A program made the translations under genes and the position numbers. A DNA stretch of 64,000 bases. Origin: Octopus sinensis (taxonomy: Eukaryota). Location: NCBI RefSeq assembly GCF_006345805.1, contig NC_042998.1, positions 160,890,001-160,954,000 of the forward strand, read 5' to 3'. Shown here piece after piece: positions 11,536 through 24,092 of this stretch. Under the pieces are notes generated by a model that made no database searches, had not been told where the DNA came from, and saw only the letters and a list, made by a program, of their open reading frames with translations. Position 1 is the first letter of the stretch. Each line of letters opens with the position of its first letter.

Positions 11536-12272
11536 AATGGTTGACTGATATTTGTCCTTGGCTCATCAGAAAATGATCTCCAGTATGCACTAAATGTGTT
11601 CACTGCTGAGTACTGTGAAGCAGAGATGAGAATAAATGTTATAAAAACTGACACATTGCTCCTCTAAAGAGAGTCTTCCCAGTGTACTCTGCATGTTCGT
11701 GGAACATCATTGTAGCATGTGGAAAAGTTTAAGTTTCTTGAGGTCATATACAGGAGTGATGGGAAGCAGGACCATTTGATCTTCAGAAGAAGAGAAGTTG
11801 GTAAAAAAGTCAAAGTTTCTATCTTCAGTTCAGTTTTCTTGCCTCTCCTTACCTATGGTCATGTATGTTGAATAATAACCAAAAGAATATGATTGTGAAT
11901 ACAAGCAGCCAAAATGGTGTTCCTCTAAAGGATCTCAGGAGAAATGTTACTCCACCGGGTAAGTAGCTCTGAGAACACGCAGTTTCTCCAGTTTGAATCA
12001 CTACTTCTCCTTACTTAGAGGTCTCAGATTCAGTGCTACAAACGTGGTTAGAATGTCATCCCAAGACAGATTCTTCAAGCTGAGCCAACCATCCAAAGAT
12101 CTACAGGGTGATCGTTGAATGATATCCATAGTCTTAGTGGGTCACACTTTGGAATTTGGTAGGAAAGTGTAACGACAGTTGTTTCTGATAGGACCCTATG
12201 GAGGAAGTACCTAAGGATTCTACTCCCACAACCATCTCAAGAATAATGGATGGATGCATGGATGTTGGATGG
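11535..12272 (+). mobile_element. RTE-clade LINE 3' remnant with (TGGA)n tail, inserted in the Penelope-like element
   Basis: Degenerate frame: SSENDLQYALN...VEKFKFL...KVSIFSSVFLPLLTYG...IQAAKMVFL*RISG. GGATGG-type tail at 12247-12272. Confidence 0.8.
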
Positions 12273-12648
12273 GGAGTATGATCCATTGCTCGAGTTGTCA
12301 TGGGGGTGGAAGTGTTTTTGAAGTATTTTGAAAACTAAACTGGTTTTTGATGTGGAGATGTGCATGTTGAGTGTGGGATTGAACCAGATAATTTTGTTTT
12401 TCTTATTTTTGTGTTTTGTGCCTGTTGTTGGTATGGTATTATTTATGTAATCTACTTTCTCTCTGCAACTGCTATGATGAAGAGCCTTGTTATATGGAGA
12501 TGCATTTTTCATTGAGTATTTTTTCATTTGAAGATGAAAATCTTAGAGATATGTTTTTGACTTGGTTTTTAATTATACTTTTGGAATGGCTGGATGGTTG
12601 GATTTTCTCTCTCTCTCTCTCTCTTTCTCTCCCTCTCTCTTTTGTGTG

Positions 12649-12696
<48 letters not shown>

Positions 12697-13265
12697 CTGA
12701 GTTTAGGGTGAAAATTAACTGCTTTAAGATGTGCGGCTACTGTAACGAAAGACCCTAGCTTTTTGAAGAAGTGGGGTAATTCTTACTTAAACTTGTTTAT
12801 TTATTAATTTTCTTTTTTTTTTTGTGGGTTGAACTCTTTTAGGTATTCTAAGCCTTTGTTGCTGTAGAGACTATTTGAAAAAATGGAAATTTTTATGTGT
12901 AGTGCTAATAATATATACTGGCTGGTGATGTCGCTTACCTCTGCAGAGTTCTTTGATCCCATACTAGTGTCAAATGGTTGTATAGTGTGTATTGTGAAAT
13001 AGAAGGAATTTTCTGGCCTATAGCATAATTTTTATTTCAGTGTCATTGAGTTTTGTTATAGTTTTGGCAAAGTTCAAAGTGGCCACAAGTATTGGTTCTG
13101 AGATGTTGAACAGAAAGAAATGGAACTTATTTTTATTTGGGATTATATTAAATCGATTGATTACTATATAGCTGTTACTCCAGGTGGGTAATATTGTGTT
13201 TTTATTTTTGGCATTAATTTGTCAACGATTCTCTTGCTAATGATGCTTAAATCTGACAGATGGGT
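12273..13265 (-). mobile_element. Penelope-like element remnant, RT and thumb region, split by a (TC)n/(TA)n tract at about 12607-12697
   Basis: YNKAL...KIIWFNP...KHFHPH (ORF 12237-12527) and, upstream, SIISKRIVDK...TLNFAK; Penelope RT signatures with many stops. Confidence 0.75.
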
Positions 13266-13579
13266 TGTTATTGAAACACACACAAACCCACACACACATG
13301 AACACTTACATATGTCATAATCATTGTTATTGTGTCAGTCTCCTCCTCTTCATAATCATCGTTTTGGCATCCACTTTTCCGTGATCACATGGAGCAGATT
13401 ATTTTACAGACAGATATTCTTTCTGTTGCCAGTCTGCATGTTTCCAACTAAAGTAATGTTTTCTCTTGTTGTGTGGAGAGACATAGCGCTACCTCTGAGA
13501 TTTGCTGTTTGAATGTAGGAGAAAAAATGGCTTTACTGGTCTGAAGTGACCAGAAGTGTTTTCACTTTTGGCATTTTAT

Positions 13580-13765
13580 TGTTGTTGTTTAGCCCCAGGT
13601 CAGCCTTAATTGAGCAGACCAATGATTAAAACTATCCATGCTATGACTATACCATACTTTATTCAGTAACAGAATGCCTCCATCCAACTACATTAACCAG
13701 AGTGTCATTTTTCTTAAGATGATTGAGAATGATTTGAAAGAAACTTGACTGCTACTTCTTGCAGG
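13580..13765 (-). mobile_element. Family D SINE-like repeat with (CAA)n tail
   Basis: TTGTTGTTTAGCCCCAGGTCAGCC start shared with 14107 and 22587; reverse-orientation copy at 23890-24092. Confidence 0.75.
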
Positions 13766-14106
13766 CTTACCTTACTTGATGGTGAGACCAGAAGAGTGGA
13801 GTAGGGAAGTTTTGGTAGTTTTACTAAGTGCATTTGTTGAGGAATGGATGAAAACTGACCAGCATATTGCAGAAATACCCTTCACAGTTTCATTGCGGGC
13901 AAGAAGATTTTCTTACATTGTTTTAATAATTGCAGACATGTTTTCAACCAATTAAATTCAGTACTTCTTACATAGACCATCTTAGATTGCATTATTCAAT
14001 ATGCCCCTGGTGTTTTAAGTTGGTAAAGCATAATTGAGGTTATTGTTATTTCTAGCAAACTGAACGATGATGCAGTTTTACTTTCTTTAATTTGACAATA
14101 AAAAGT

Positions 14107-14270
14107 TGTTGTTTAGCCCCAGGTCAGCCTTGATGAAGTAGACCTACATTCAAAGACATTCCAGTATTTTTGCTAGGCACTGCAAATCTAAGACTGCATT
14201 ATCCAACATATCCTTCTTTAAGACAGTAGAGTGTATTTGAGTAAGATCTAATTCCTATTTCTAGCAAGTT
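14107..14270 (-). mobile_element. Family D SINE-like repeat
   Basis: Second near-tandem copy of 13580-13765. Confidence 0.75.
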
Positions 14271-14797
14271 GCTATTTCTTTCGTTGAATTTACTATTTCA
14301 AATGTATAAATTTCCATTTGGCTCATGCTCCAGCTTTGCCCTCATCATTTCTTTCATGAACAGTAATGGCTCTGTTATTGTTATTTACAGTTACTCATTT
14401 ATCTTTCTTGCTCAGTGAGCTCTGGCAGGTGATAATACAAAGTATTTCTTACATAATTTTCAGCCTTTGCCTGTATTTATTTTTCAACAAACTTTTAATC
14501 TCTTTTTTTAAATGAAACTTAATTTTTTGCAAATGGCATCTCTTCTAATGTTGATATATTTAGCCTTCAGTTGTAGTCATGACAATTCTTTTATGTAATC
14601 TAGTGTTAAAGTACTGTAATTTGGCTGAATTAGTCAATGTCAATATAGGATTTTGTTTTATCATATTGTTAATTGAAATATATTTTAAAATTTACAGTTT
14701 AAATCACATTCTAATATAATGTAAGTGATATTAGACACAAGCACTGAGTTGAGTAACCTATGCTGCAGGTGCTAAGTGACTGGTGAATTACTTTGTA

Positions 14798-15018
14798 AAG
14801 CATAAAGACCCCCTTTGGTCATGAATGAGCATGGGATTGCACCTAGAAAGTTCCCCTCTGCAGCACAAGTCTGGGCAATGTTGTTTATGGAAGACCAACA
14901 GTCACCCATGCATATCAGCCCCACCTCTCCATCCTGCCGATGTTATCCAAGGGGAAGGCAAAGGCCATTACAGCTCGGCACCAGTGACATCACAACTCAT
15001 TTCTGCAGCTGAGTGAAG
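14798..15018 (-). mobile_element. Short GC-rich retroposed fragment with a target-site duplication
   Basis: Flanked by TTACTTTGTA at 14788-14797 and 15019-15028. Confidence 0.65.
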
Positions 15019-17367
15019 TTACTTTGTAGATACAAAATAATAGAGTTAAAGTGGTATAAATAATTTATAGCACCTAATTTTAGAAGAAGAAAAAGTTGGT
15101 GATCTCATAACATACTTACCTGGCAAGTAACAGGTATGTTGTTTGTGATGTTTGAATTGGATTTTTTTTTCAATTGTTGCTCATAATGTCTAAAGCATTT
15201 TTTCTTTTTTTATGATTCTGACAAATTTAAGACAGAGAATTTTGTTAACATTTCGATATTCTAGTTAATTTTTCAAATATTTCACAATGTTATGCTACTG
15301 CTTTGCATTTGATTTCATATCAACTGATTCCTGGTGTTTTATGAAATTGCAAAATTGTGATATTCCTGACTGATCTAACAGAATCTTTTTCGCTTTTCAA
15401 TACTCTTTTATGAAAGGGAATTAACTTGCTGTTTTTTTAATGAATTCCTAGAAGCCAGTGGTGTCCAGTAGATTTAACTATGAAATTAGAAACATGAAAT
15501 CTAAATCTATTGATTGGATTAGATGCTGTTATGTCATTTCTCACTCAGGCAAAAGTGTGGTTCGCTTGGTTGGCCATGCTGCTAATATTTTACCAAAATG
15601 CTTCTGTTTTAAAGAATTCATCTTTTTAATATATTACATTTTGCATAATAAGCATGTCATTTATGCAAGAAATAAAAAAAAAATCCACTGGGAAGCAATT
15701 TTCCAATAAATTACTGTCTCAGTTTAAATTCTCTTAAAATGAATTTTTTAAATGATCTCATGGGACTGCTACACTCATTATCCAAAACTAAAATTACCTG
15801 GCACTTATCTTCAATCCAATTACTCTTGTTTGATGCACTTTGAGCATAAAATAGTTGGCATTAATACAAAAACCTAAATAGTTAATTGGTAGACTGATAG
15901 ACTGAACATGTTATTAACTAGGTTTTAATGCTGAGTTGATTGGTTCAGTTCCAATATATTTTGGGAGTGGATGAACAACAACAATATTCAAATGTATTAC
16001 CAACCTATAATTGATCTTCCACCAATTAATTGCAGAAATTCATGAATGTTATTACTGTGACACAAACATTGAAAACCTTGTTATACCACTTCTAACATCA
16101 ACTAAATACCTTATCATCATTAGGAGACATAAATGTCAAACTGGGCTAAAACTGATCCTTAAAGATTGAATGCTTAGATTAATCTAGTTGTGTTGTCAAG
16201 CAGTAACATATATCTCAAGCTGAATATAAATTAACATATATTAACATGTATAACATATTGCTAGAATATACAACTTGCACATATAATATATTTTCTGAGA
16301 AAACTCTTCTGTTTTTAAATTAGAGGGATTTGTTTTTTTTTACGTCGATCGATTACTTTAACTTTCAAATTCCAATATATGAATATTTTCTAAGCATAGG
16401 CTACCCCAACTATAGCCTACATTGTAGCCTATTGCATAGTTTATAATTACAATTGTGTATTTATTGATCATTATGGATGAATAGTATACCTATATTTGTT
16501 GATTAATAAGTGTCAGAAATAGATTTTATATACTAATATAATTGGATTTTCTTTTCTTTTTTTTTTTGTTAGATTGATTTCTAGTTTGAATCATTGATAA
16601 TAGAATAAGATTAATAAAGTATTGGATTGGGGACTTTCTAGCAAAGCCAACTCCTATTATAGTAATGATATGCATGCGATTAACATTTATGAGACTTTCA
16701 TTGCTGAAACTTGCAACCAGTTTACAACCTTAACCTACATGAAGAACATATTTGCTTTCATCCCATTGATATTTTACAAGATCAAAGCAAAATAACAGGT
16801 GATAATAAATAAGATTGCCCATAAATTTTAGAAGTTCATATAAACAATACTGGATAATATAATGGCTATCAATTAGTTTAGGATTATGTAAATCTGCCTA
16901 AAAGATCTTGATTCAGTGTCTGAAATAGATTTGTTGACTCTATGATGAGGTTGTGATTTATAACTGAAGTTTATTCTGTTCAAAAATAAACAACTCTTGA
17001 GTTTTTACCCGTAAAAGAAAGGAAATATAGTGTCTCCTCAGTTTGTACCCAGACAATCAGATATTAGATATCAACATGAAATTTAATGATTTTTCCATCC
17101 AGCACCCAGACAATCTGACTTAGATTTTCTTATAAAAATTAAAGTTTGTCCTAGTAGATTTGAAAATGTTCTTAAAATTCAGGAGGATCTCATTCAAGAT
17201 ATTTTGGCCTGTATTTTCAACTTAAGTATACCATTATTTATCAGTTCTACTCCAATTTAATCAATTATGAACATTTCTGTGAATTAATAAATTAATAAAT
17301 TAGTATTTTCTATATTCAACGCACACACACACATATATTAGAAGGTTTAGAGATGATGTACAGGTAT

Positions 17368-17550
17368 TATATATTAGAAGAAATAAGGTACTCAGAAATC
17401 TGGATGGTTTTATATTTACAGATATTTATTAATATGTCACATGTTTTTATAAAAGCGCTAATATATGATTTATAAAAACATGTGATATATTAATAAATAT
17501 CTGTAAATATAAAACCATCCAGATTTCTGAGTACCTTATTTCTTCTAATA
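17368..17550. repeat. Near-perfect foldback (MITE-like), ~85-bp arms and ~15-nt loop
   Basis: Arm ATATATTAGAAGAAATAAGGTACTCAG...TTTTTATAAA is reverse-complemented on the right with one mismatch. Confidence 0.92.
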
Positions 17551-17628
17551 TATATATGTATATACATATCGTCAGTAAATCCTAAATCCTCAAGAGAACC
17601 ACACTCTAAGGTATAGAGTAGTAGAGTA

Positions 17629-17800
17629 TTTAGAGAATGTTCATTGGGTTACCCAGATTTCACATCCATATAGCACTTAACTTTACACACAACCTGTCAG
17701 ACCCTATACACATCTCATCAGCTGTATGTAAGCTATACACTTTATGGACATGAAACCCTGGGTAATCCAATGAACTTGCCATAATTATCTTTCTCTAAAT
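17629..17800. repeat. Diverged foldback element
   Basis: GTTCATTGGGTTACCCAGATTTCACATCCATA (17639-17670) pairs imperfectly with TATGGACATGAAACCCTGGGTAATCCAATGAAC (17743-17775). Confidence 0.75.
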
Positions 17801-17855
17801 ATAAAGATATATACATACATACATACATATATGTATATACACACACACACATATA

Positions 17856-17929
<74 letters not shown>

Positions 17930-17930
<1 letters not shown>

Positions 17931-18029
17931 AAATAATAGTTATCGCCATGCTAATATGGCATTCTTATAAAAATAAGAAAAAATGTTAAAAAAAGAATGC
18001 CATATTAGCATGGCGATAACTATTATTTT
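17930..18029. repeat. Perfect 37-bp inverted repeat flanked by (TA)n tracts
   Basis: AAAATAATAGTTATCGCCATGCTAATATGGCATTCTT (17930-17966) and its reverse complement (17993-18029). Confidence 0.92.
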
Positions 18030-18086
18030 CCGGGAACGCTGCCGCTGTTCTCTTTTAGAGAGACTTAGTTATTTTAATATTTCTAT

Positions 18087-18172
<86 letters not shown>

Positions 18173-18829
18173 GGGATTCATACTCTTTCATTGGTTACTA
18201 TATTATTGATTGTACAACTTCTCAAATTAACACATATTCCTCCTTCTCCCTCTGCTTCTTTCTTTTCTTTTTTATTTTAATTAAAAAAAACTTTTCATTG
18301 CTATTTTAATTGTGCTATTTTATTTCCTTATGGCTATTTTTCTGGTGTTTGGCTTTAGCAGTAGAGGCTATTCTACTAACATCTAACATTGCAAAATTTT
18401 CCATCTTGGTTCGATATTTGCAATAAGAAATAACTCATAAATTAAATAATGAATTAACTATTATGTCTTTTTAATATAAATTATATAAGGCAATAAAAGC
18501 ACAATTTGAAACTGCAAAGAGCAAAGTTGCAATATAACAGATGTACAGTTCAAGTCCTACCGCCAAAGCTGTTGCTTTTTTTCTGTTTGTAATATTACTT
18601 ACACTAAAAGTTTTAGTGGTTAATTAATGGAAATTGCTAAATCTTATCTTTTTCTTTTTTCTTTTCCCCCTTTTATCCGTTAAGGTAGGTAAAGAATAAA
18701 TTTCTTTTCCTTATTGGCAAAAAGCCTTGTTTTTATATTGGTGTGACATCATGAAATGAATCATCATCAACATCTTCCTCATCATTATTGTTTTCACTTC
18801 TACTTTTATTGAACCAAATTCGATTACTG

Positions 18830-19282
18830 GCACCCATGCCAGTGGAGCGCTAACAGCTCCATCTGAGAGGGATCACTGCCCGAGCAGCTGTTTGGCTTCC
18901 GTGCCGGTGGCACATAAAAAGCACCGTTTGAGCGTGATCGTTACCTGCGTTGCCTTACTGGCACTTGTGCCGGTGTCACAGGAACAAAACATTTGAGCGA
19001 GGTCATTGCCAGTGCCGCTGGACTGACTCCTGTGCAGGTGGCATGTAAAATGCACCATTTGAGTGTGGCTGTTGCCAGTACCGCCAGACTGGCCCTCATG
19101 CCGGTGGCATGTAAAAGTACCCACTACACTCTCGGAGTGGTTGGCATTAGGAAGGGCATCCAGCTGTAGAAACTCTGCCAGATCAGATTGGAGCCTGGTG
19201 CAGCCATCTGGTTCACCAGTCCTCAGTCAAATCGTCCAACCCATGCTAGCATGGAAAGCGGATGTTAAATGATGATGATGAT
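18830..19282 (+). mobile_element. Family C repeat with four or five internal ~55-bp subrepeats and (GAT)n tail
   Basis: Repeated GTGCCGGTGGCA(C/T)GTAAAA..GCACC units, then GGTTGGCATTAGGAAGGGCATCC...GTTAAATGATGATGATG. Confidence 0.88.
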
Positions 19283-19450
19283 AAATGGGTTGGATAGAGT
19301 TTGTTGAGGCAGATTTTCTATGGCCAGATATCCTTCTTGTTGCCAACCCCCACCTGTTTCCAAGCAAGGTGCTATTTTCCTATGGTCTTGCATGGTTTCC
19401 TAGAATACTAGAAATGAATGACACTGTTTGTGTGACAGTAACATTATTTT
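19283..19450 (-). mobile_element. Diverged family C-related repeat, tail-to-tail with 18830-19282
   Basis: ATGGGTTGGATAG...CCTTCTTGTTGCCAACC block. Confidence 0.6.
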
Positions 19451-19564
19451 AAACTATTGAGCAATATCAAGTAAAGGAAATACAAACATTCATGTGTGCG
19501 TGCACACACACACACATTTTAACAAACACGCACACACACACACACACGCACACTTGCACATATA

Positions 19565-19730
19565 CATGTAAGACAATCTTCTTTCAGTTTCTGTCAACTA
19601 AATCTACTCACAAGACTTTGGTCAGCCTTGGGCTGTAAGAGAAGACACTTGTTCAAGGTGCCATGTAGTGGAACTGAACTTAAAACTATATGGTTGCAAA
19701 GCAAACTTTTTATGCACTTATGCCTATTGC
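19565..19730 (-). mobile_element. SINE family B head fragment
   Basis: CTTCTTTCAGTTTC...GAAGACACTTG block. Confidence 0.8.
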
Positions 19731-20639
19731 TGCTAATGATGTTACTAACATTAAAAATTGGGTGGGTCATGATTAAAATGCAAGTTTTAAGCTGTAACTA
19801 AAATAGTTTAAGTCTGAAGTTCACTTGTATATGGCAACCACATTACTCTCTCCTGTCATTCAGGAATCGTAGTGTGCTGCAGTTCTTGGTGAGTAAATTT
19901 TCCTAATTGAAATTAATTCACTACAAAATTAGCCAACAATGAAGTCTATATGTGGTTACTCTACTTATTAGAAATATTCTACAATCTTAATTAAAAACTT
20001 TAAAGAAATGAATAAAGCACCTTCTCGAGTCATATAGACTCATAAGGCTGGTTAGTTGGGAGCAATGTGAAATGTGCTTTGTTCATGAACACAATGGATA
20101 GCTGAGTCCAGGAATCAACACCACATTCTTACGCTTATGAGTCCAGCACATTAACCACTAAGCCACAATTAAAAACTTTACTATTTAAAAAAAGAGAAAA
20201 TCCACATTTGATGGTGTAGTGTGAGATATCTATACATACAAATAAGATAAGATATTCTCAGATGGAATACCTTGAACCATAGGTCTGTTTGCTCATTTAG
20301 AACTAGTCTGGTACAGGTGTGACTGTTTTATAAACATTGACTTTGTTTTCAATCCCATGGTCTTCTTCCAATATCATCTAGTTACCCAATACCTTGTAAG
20401 CAGAATTTGGTAGACTGAAATTCTGTGTAATTCATTGATACTAAAATGTGCATAATGAAATATTCACAGGTCTTTGAAAGCCCACTAGCCAAACATAACG
20501 TCAACAAGGAATGTAAATATAGTCACTGCTTTGCACAAGTGGTGATATGCCATAAAATATCAACATTCATACATCTTTGCACACACAAGCACACCCACAT
20601 TACCCACATACAAACTTATATGTATACAATATATACACA

Positions 20640-21000
20640 TAGGTGCAGACATGGCTGTATGGTAAGAAGCCACATAGTTCTAGGTCAAGTCCCACTACAT
20701 GCCACTTGGGCAAATGTCTTTTACTATAGCCTCAGGCTAACCAAAGCCTTGTGAGTGGATTTGGTAGAGGGAAACTGAAAGAAGCCAGTTATGTGTGTGT
20801 GTTTGTCCCCCACCCATCACTTGACAACTGATGCTGGTGTGTTTATGTCCTTGTAATTTAGCAATTCAGTAAACATAACCAATAAAATAAGTCCTGGCAT
20901 TGATTTGTTCAACAAAAACCCTTTAAGGTAGTGCTCCAGCATGGCCTCAATCAAATGACTGAAACAAGTAAAAGAATAAAAGAATAAAAGACTAAAAGAA
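20640..21000 (+). mobile_element. SINE family B copy
   Basis: Full-length similarity to 8650-9060. Confidence 0.88.
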
Positions 21001-21674
21001 TCTGTCAACCATGCTTGCTTATAAGGCATTGGTTGACCTGGGGCTATCCAAGGTGACACTGGATGACACTTTAGGTAAGTATTTCTGCTATGCTGCCCCT
21101 ATATTTATTTACATATATACATATACAATAGGTTTCCAACAGTTTCTGTCAACTATTTTCACTCACAAGGTATTGGTTTTTCTGGAGCTACAACAGAAGA
21201 CATTCATCCAAGGTACTGCTGCATGACCTCTATGTTAAACATGAATTTCTTAATATACGTATATTAATTTCAATATGTATTATTCTTTATATGTGTACTC
21301 ATCATTGAGAGACATTTACTAGAGATGTAAATGACAGTGAGAAAACTAATTAAAAAATTGGTGGATAATTCATCTTCACTTAATCAACATGCTATCATTT
21401 CTTTAATGAAATTGCAATTATTGCATTTTATGCAATATTGTATAGCTCCTTATTTCTCTTATTACAGTTATTAGATAAGGTAGATGAACTTATCAGTGGT
21501 AATCAATACTGATAGTTAATTGTCTCTGCTGTCAATATGCTGGTCTACTCTCTGCATAGATATCAGTTGAACCTTTATTACGGACATTACGTTGTTATTA
21601 TTTAGTCCTTATACACAGCCAATTGGCAGTGCCATTTGATAGTTGGACAGAATTAGGTATTTATTTTTAAAAAA

Positions 21675-21887
21675 GCAGTGAGCTGGCAGATTCCTTAGCA
21701 CACTGGGTGAAGTGCTTAGTGGCATTTTATCCATCTTTACATTCTAAGTTCTATCAAAGTCGTCTTTGCCTTTCATCCTTTCAAGGTCGATAAATTAAAT
21801 ACCAGTGAAACACTGGGGGTCGATGTAATTGACTAGTCCCCTCCCACAAATTTTCAGGCCTTGTGCCTATAGTAGAAAGGGTTATTT
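21675..21887 (+). mobile_element. SINE family A copy
   Basis: GTGAGCTGGCAGA head, GCCTTTCATCCTTT core. Confidence 0.88.
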
Positions 21888-22046
21888 AGTACTTATCAAG
21901 CTGGCTTATGGCTTATGGTTGAAGACATTCCAGTTGTGATCTGAGGGGATTTTGATTGCTATTTCTAGTTTGTTGAACTACTATATAGAAGAGTCAAGGG
22001 CAAACTGTGACCCATAGAAGTTTCTGAATGGCGTGCCTCACAAAAT

Positions 22047-22237
22047 ATTGATTTCAAATTTTGACATAAGGCCAGCAGTTCTGGAGGCGGGGGTTATATC
22101 GACCTCAGTGATCAGTTGGTACTTATTTTATCGACCCCAAAAGGATGAAAGGCAATTTGAACTCAGAATGTAGAGGCAGATGGAATGTCACTAGGTAATC
22201 TGCCTGGTATGCTAACAATTCTGCCAGCTCACCACCT
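22047..22237 (-). mobile_element. SINE family A copy, inverted relative to 21675-21887
   Basis: Reverse complement of the family A core. Confidence 0.88.
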
Positions 22238-22586
22238 TATGCCTAACAAAATATTACTTTGAATTTTTTTGTAGTGTGGCTTGCCTGATGTTGAACCATT
22301 TCTCATACAGCCCACTTTTTAAAAATGGTTGCCAATACCAGATGTAGAAGTTTCTTTGTTAGCTTATGGTGACTGGTCAGTTCTTTGGTGACATTCTTGT
22401 TGTTGTTGCTAATCTATGAATATTCCAGCCATAGCAATTCCATCTTCTCTTTTCAGACATAGTATATCTAGATATTATCTAATGTGTTCTTTTAAAATGA
22501 TGTGAGGGAGATTGGTTACTATTTCCAGCAGGAGATCCCCTCATCAGCAAAAACTTTGTACTGCTGTTACTGTTGTTATTGTTTGA

Positions 22587-22770
22587 GTTGTTGTTCAGTT
22601 CATGGTCAGCCTCGATTGAACAAACTTATGATGAAAAGCATTCCAACCATGACCCTCCCATCTTTTTTCTGGTCTAGCATATCTAGTACTATATTATCAG
22701 TACCCTTTTTTTTAAGACATAAAGGTGTAATTTAAGGGGGATTTTCATGCCTTAGGTTTCTCCTAAGCTG
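22587..22770 (-). mobile_element. Family D SINE-like repeat
   Basis: Similar to 13580-13765. Confidence 0.65.
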
Positions 22771-23889
22771 CGTGTAGTTTTAATCTGTTGAATCCTTATC
22801 TTTTTAAATCCAAATCAAAAGTAGGAATCAAATTTTCTGTTTCCTTAGCAAAAAAAAAAAAAAACAAAAAACAAAGCAAAAAAACAAAACTGAGATCAAT
22901 GGTATTTTTCACCAAAGTTTGGTAACAGGTCACAGCTTATTAATATTTTACTCTCAGATATTTTCATAAAAATAAAGAAAAAGAAAAAACTACTGGTTTT
23001 TCTGTTTTTGTTCCTCAAACACCTGATCATTATTTAATCAATACCCACAGAAAGAGAGCTGAAGTAAGAAGTAACAAAACTGTCTGTCATTGTTCGATCA
23101 GACGAGGTAAAATCTGCAAATATGTGTATACACACAAAATCTGCAAATATGTGTATACACACAAAATATTCATTTATACATGTACATTTGCCTACTTATT
23201 ATCATATATAATGTTTTATAAATGATAAGTTAGAAAATTAAGTTTGGATAATTAGTAATGAAGTTATATATTTTTTTTAAATAAAAGAAAAACTTATATG
23301 GAATAATTTTACTATGTTAAGGAATTTTACATCAGTCTCTTATTTTTGTAGCTTTGTTTGTTTCCTCAAGTATTATATAATTTAACTAAAGTAAAGACAC
23401 TTAGTTAGTCACCTGTCCCAGGTGTACAACCTCCAGTATATTGGTTGTATGCCAAGCTGTAAGAATACTCCCCTGACATGCTGTTCTTTGACTGGCAAGC
23501 TATCAAAATGTAAAGAAATAAAAGTTTGAAGAGGGATTTTAAGAAAAGGCAAACTGCCAGTTGTAGCACAGTAAAAATATTGAGTTTTCCCCAAAAAGTT
23601 TTTAGTGTCTGTAAATGTTGTTCTACTTGAATCAGTTTTAGATTTCAATTTAAAAACTATTAAGGGATATTGTTAGTGCAGTAAACTAGTAATGAAGATA
23701 AATGACAAACTAAAATCAATAATTAAAATGTTAACTATAGTGATTATACTAATTAAAGTGTTTTGACTGATAGGTAAACTATTGTTAGCATTGATATAAG
23801 TTAGTGATTAGAGTAGTGGAGATGATTGAGACTATGAGTAATTAGGTCTGATACTTTATTTAATACAGTAACTTACACATAAGTTAATG

Positions 23890-24092
23890 AGGGAGCTTCC
23901 ACTTGATTGCTAAATCTGCTAGAAATAAGAGTCAGATCTTTCTCAAAATATAACACCTTTTATCTTAAACAAGAAAAGAATACATTGGATATGGTAGTCT
24001 TAGTTATCTCTAAAAAGAAATACTGATTATGCTGGAATATCTTTGATCATACCTCTGACTGATAAAGGTTAACTTAGGATTAAACAACAACA
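23890..24092 (+). mobile_element. Family D SINE-like repeat with (CAA)n tail
   Basis: GGAGCTTCCAC...CTGCTAGAAAT head; AAACAACAACAA tail. Confidence 0.7.

Noticed and set aside
13764-13813. Apparent plus-strand exon GLPYLMVRPEEWSREVL
   Set aside because: Its acceptor lies within a family D repeat motif found in other copies, so it is likely coincidental.
15112-15125. ATACTTACCTGGCA, identical to the 5' end of U1 snRNA
   Set aside because: The match stops after 14 nt with no U1 stem-loops or Sm site. It is better explained as the complement of a strong minus-strand 5' splice site.
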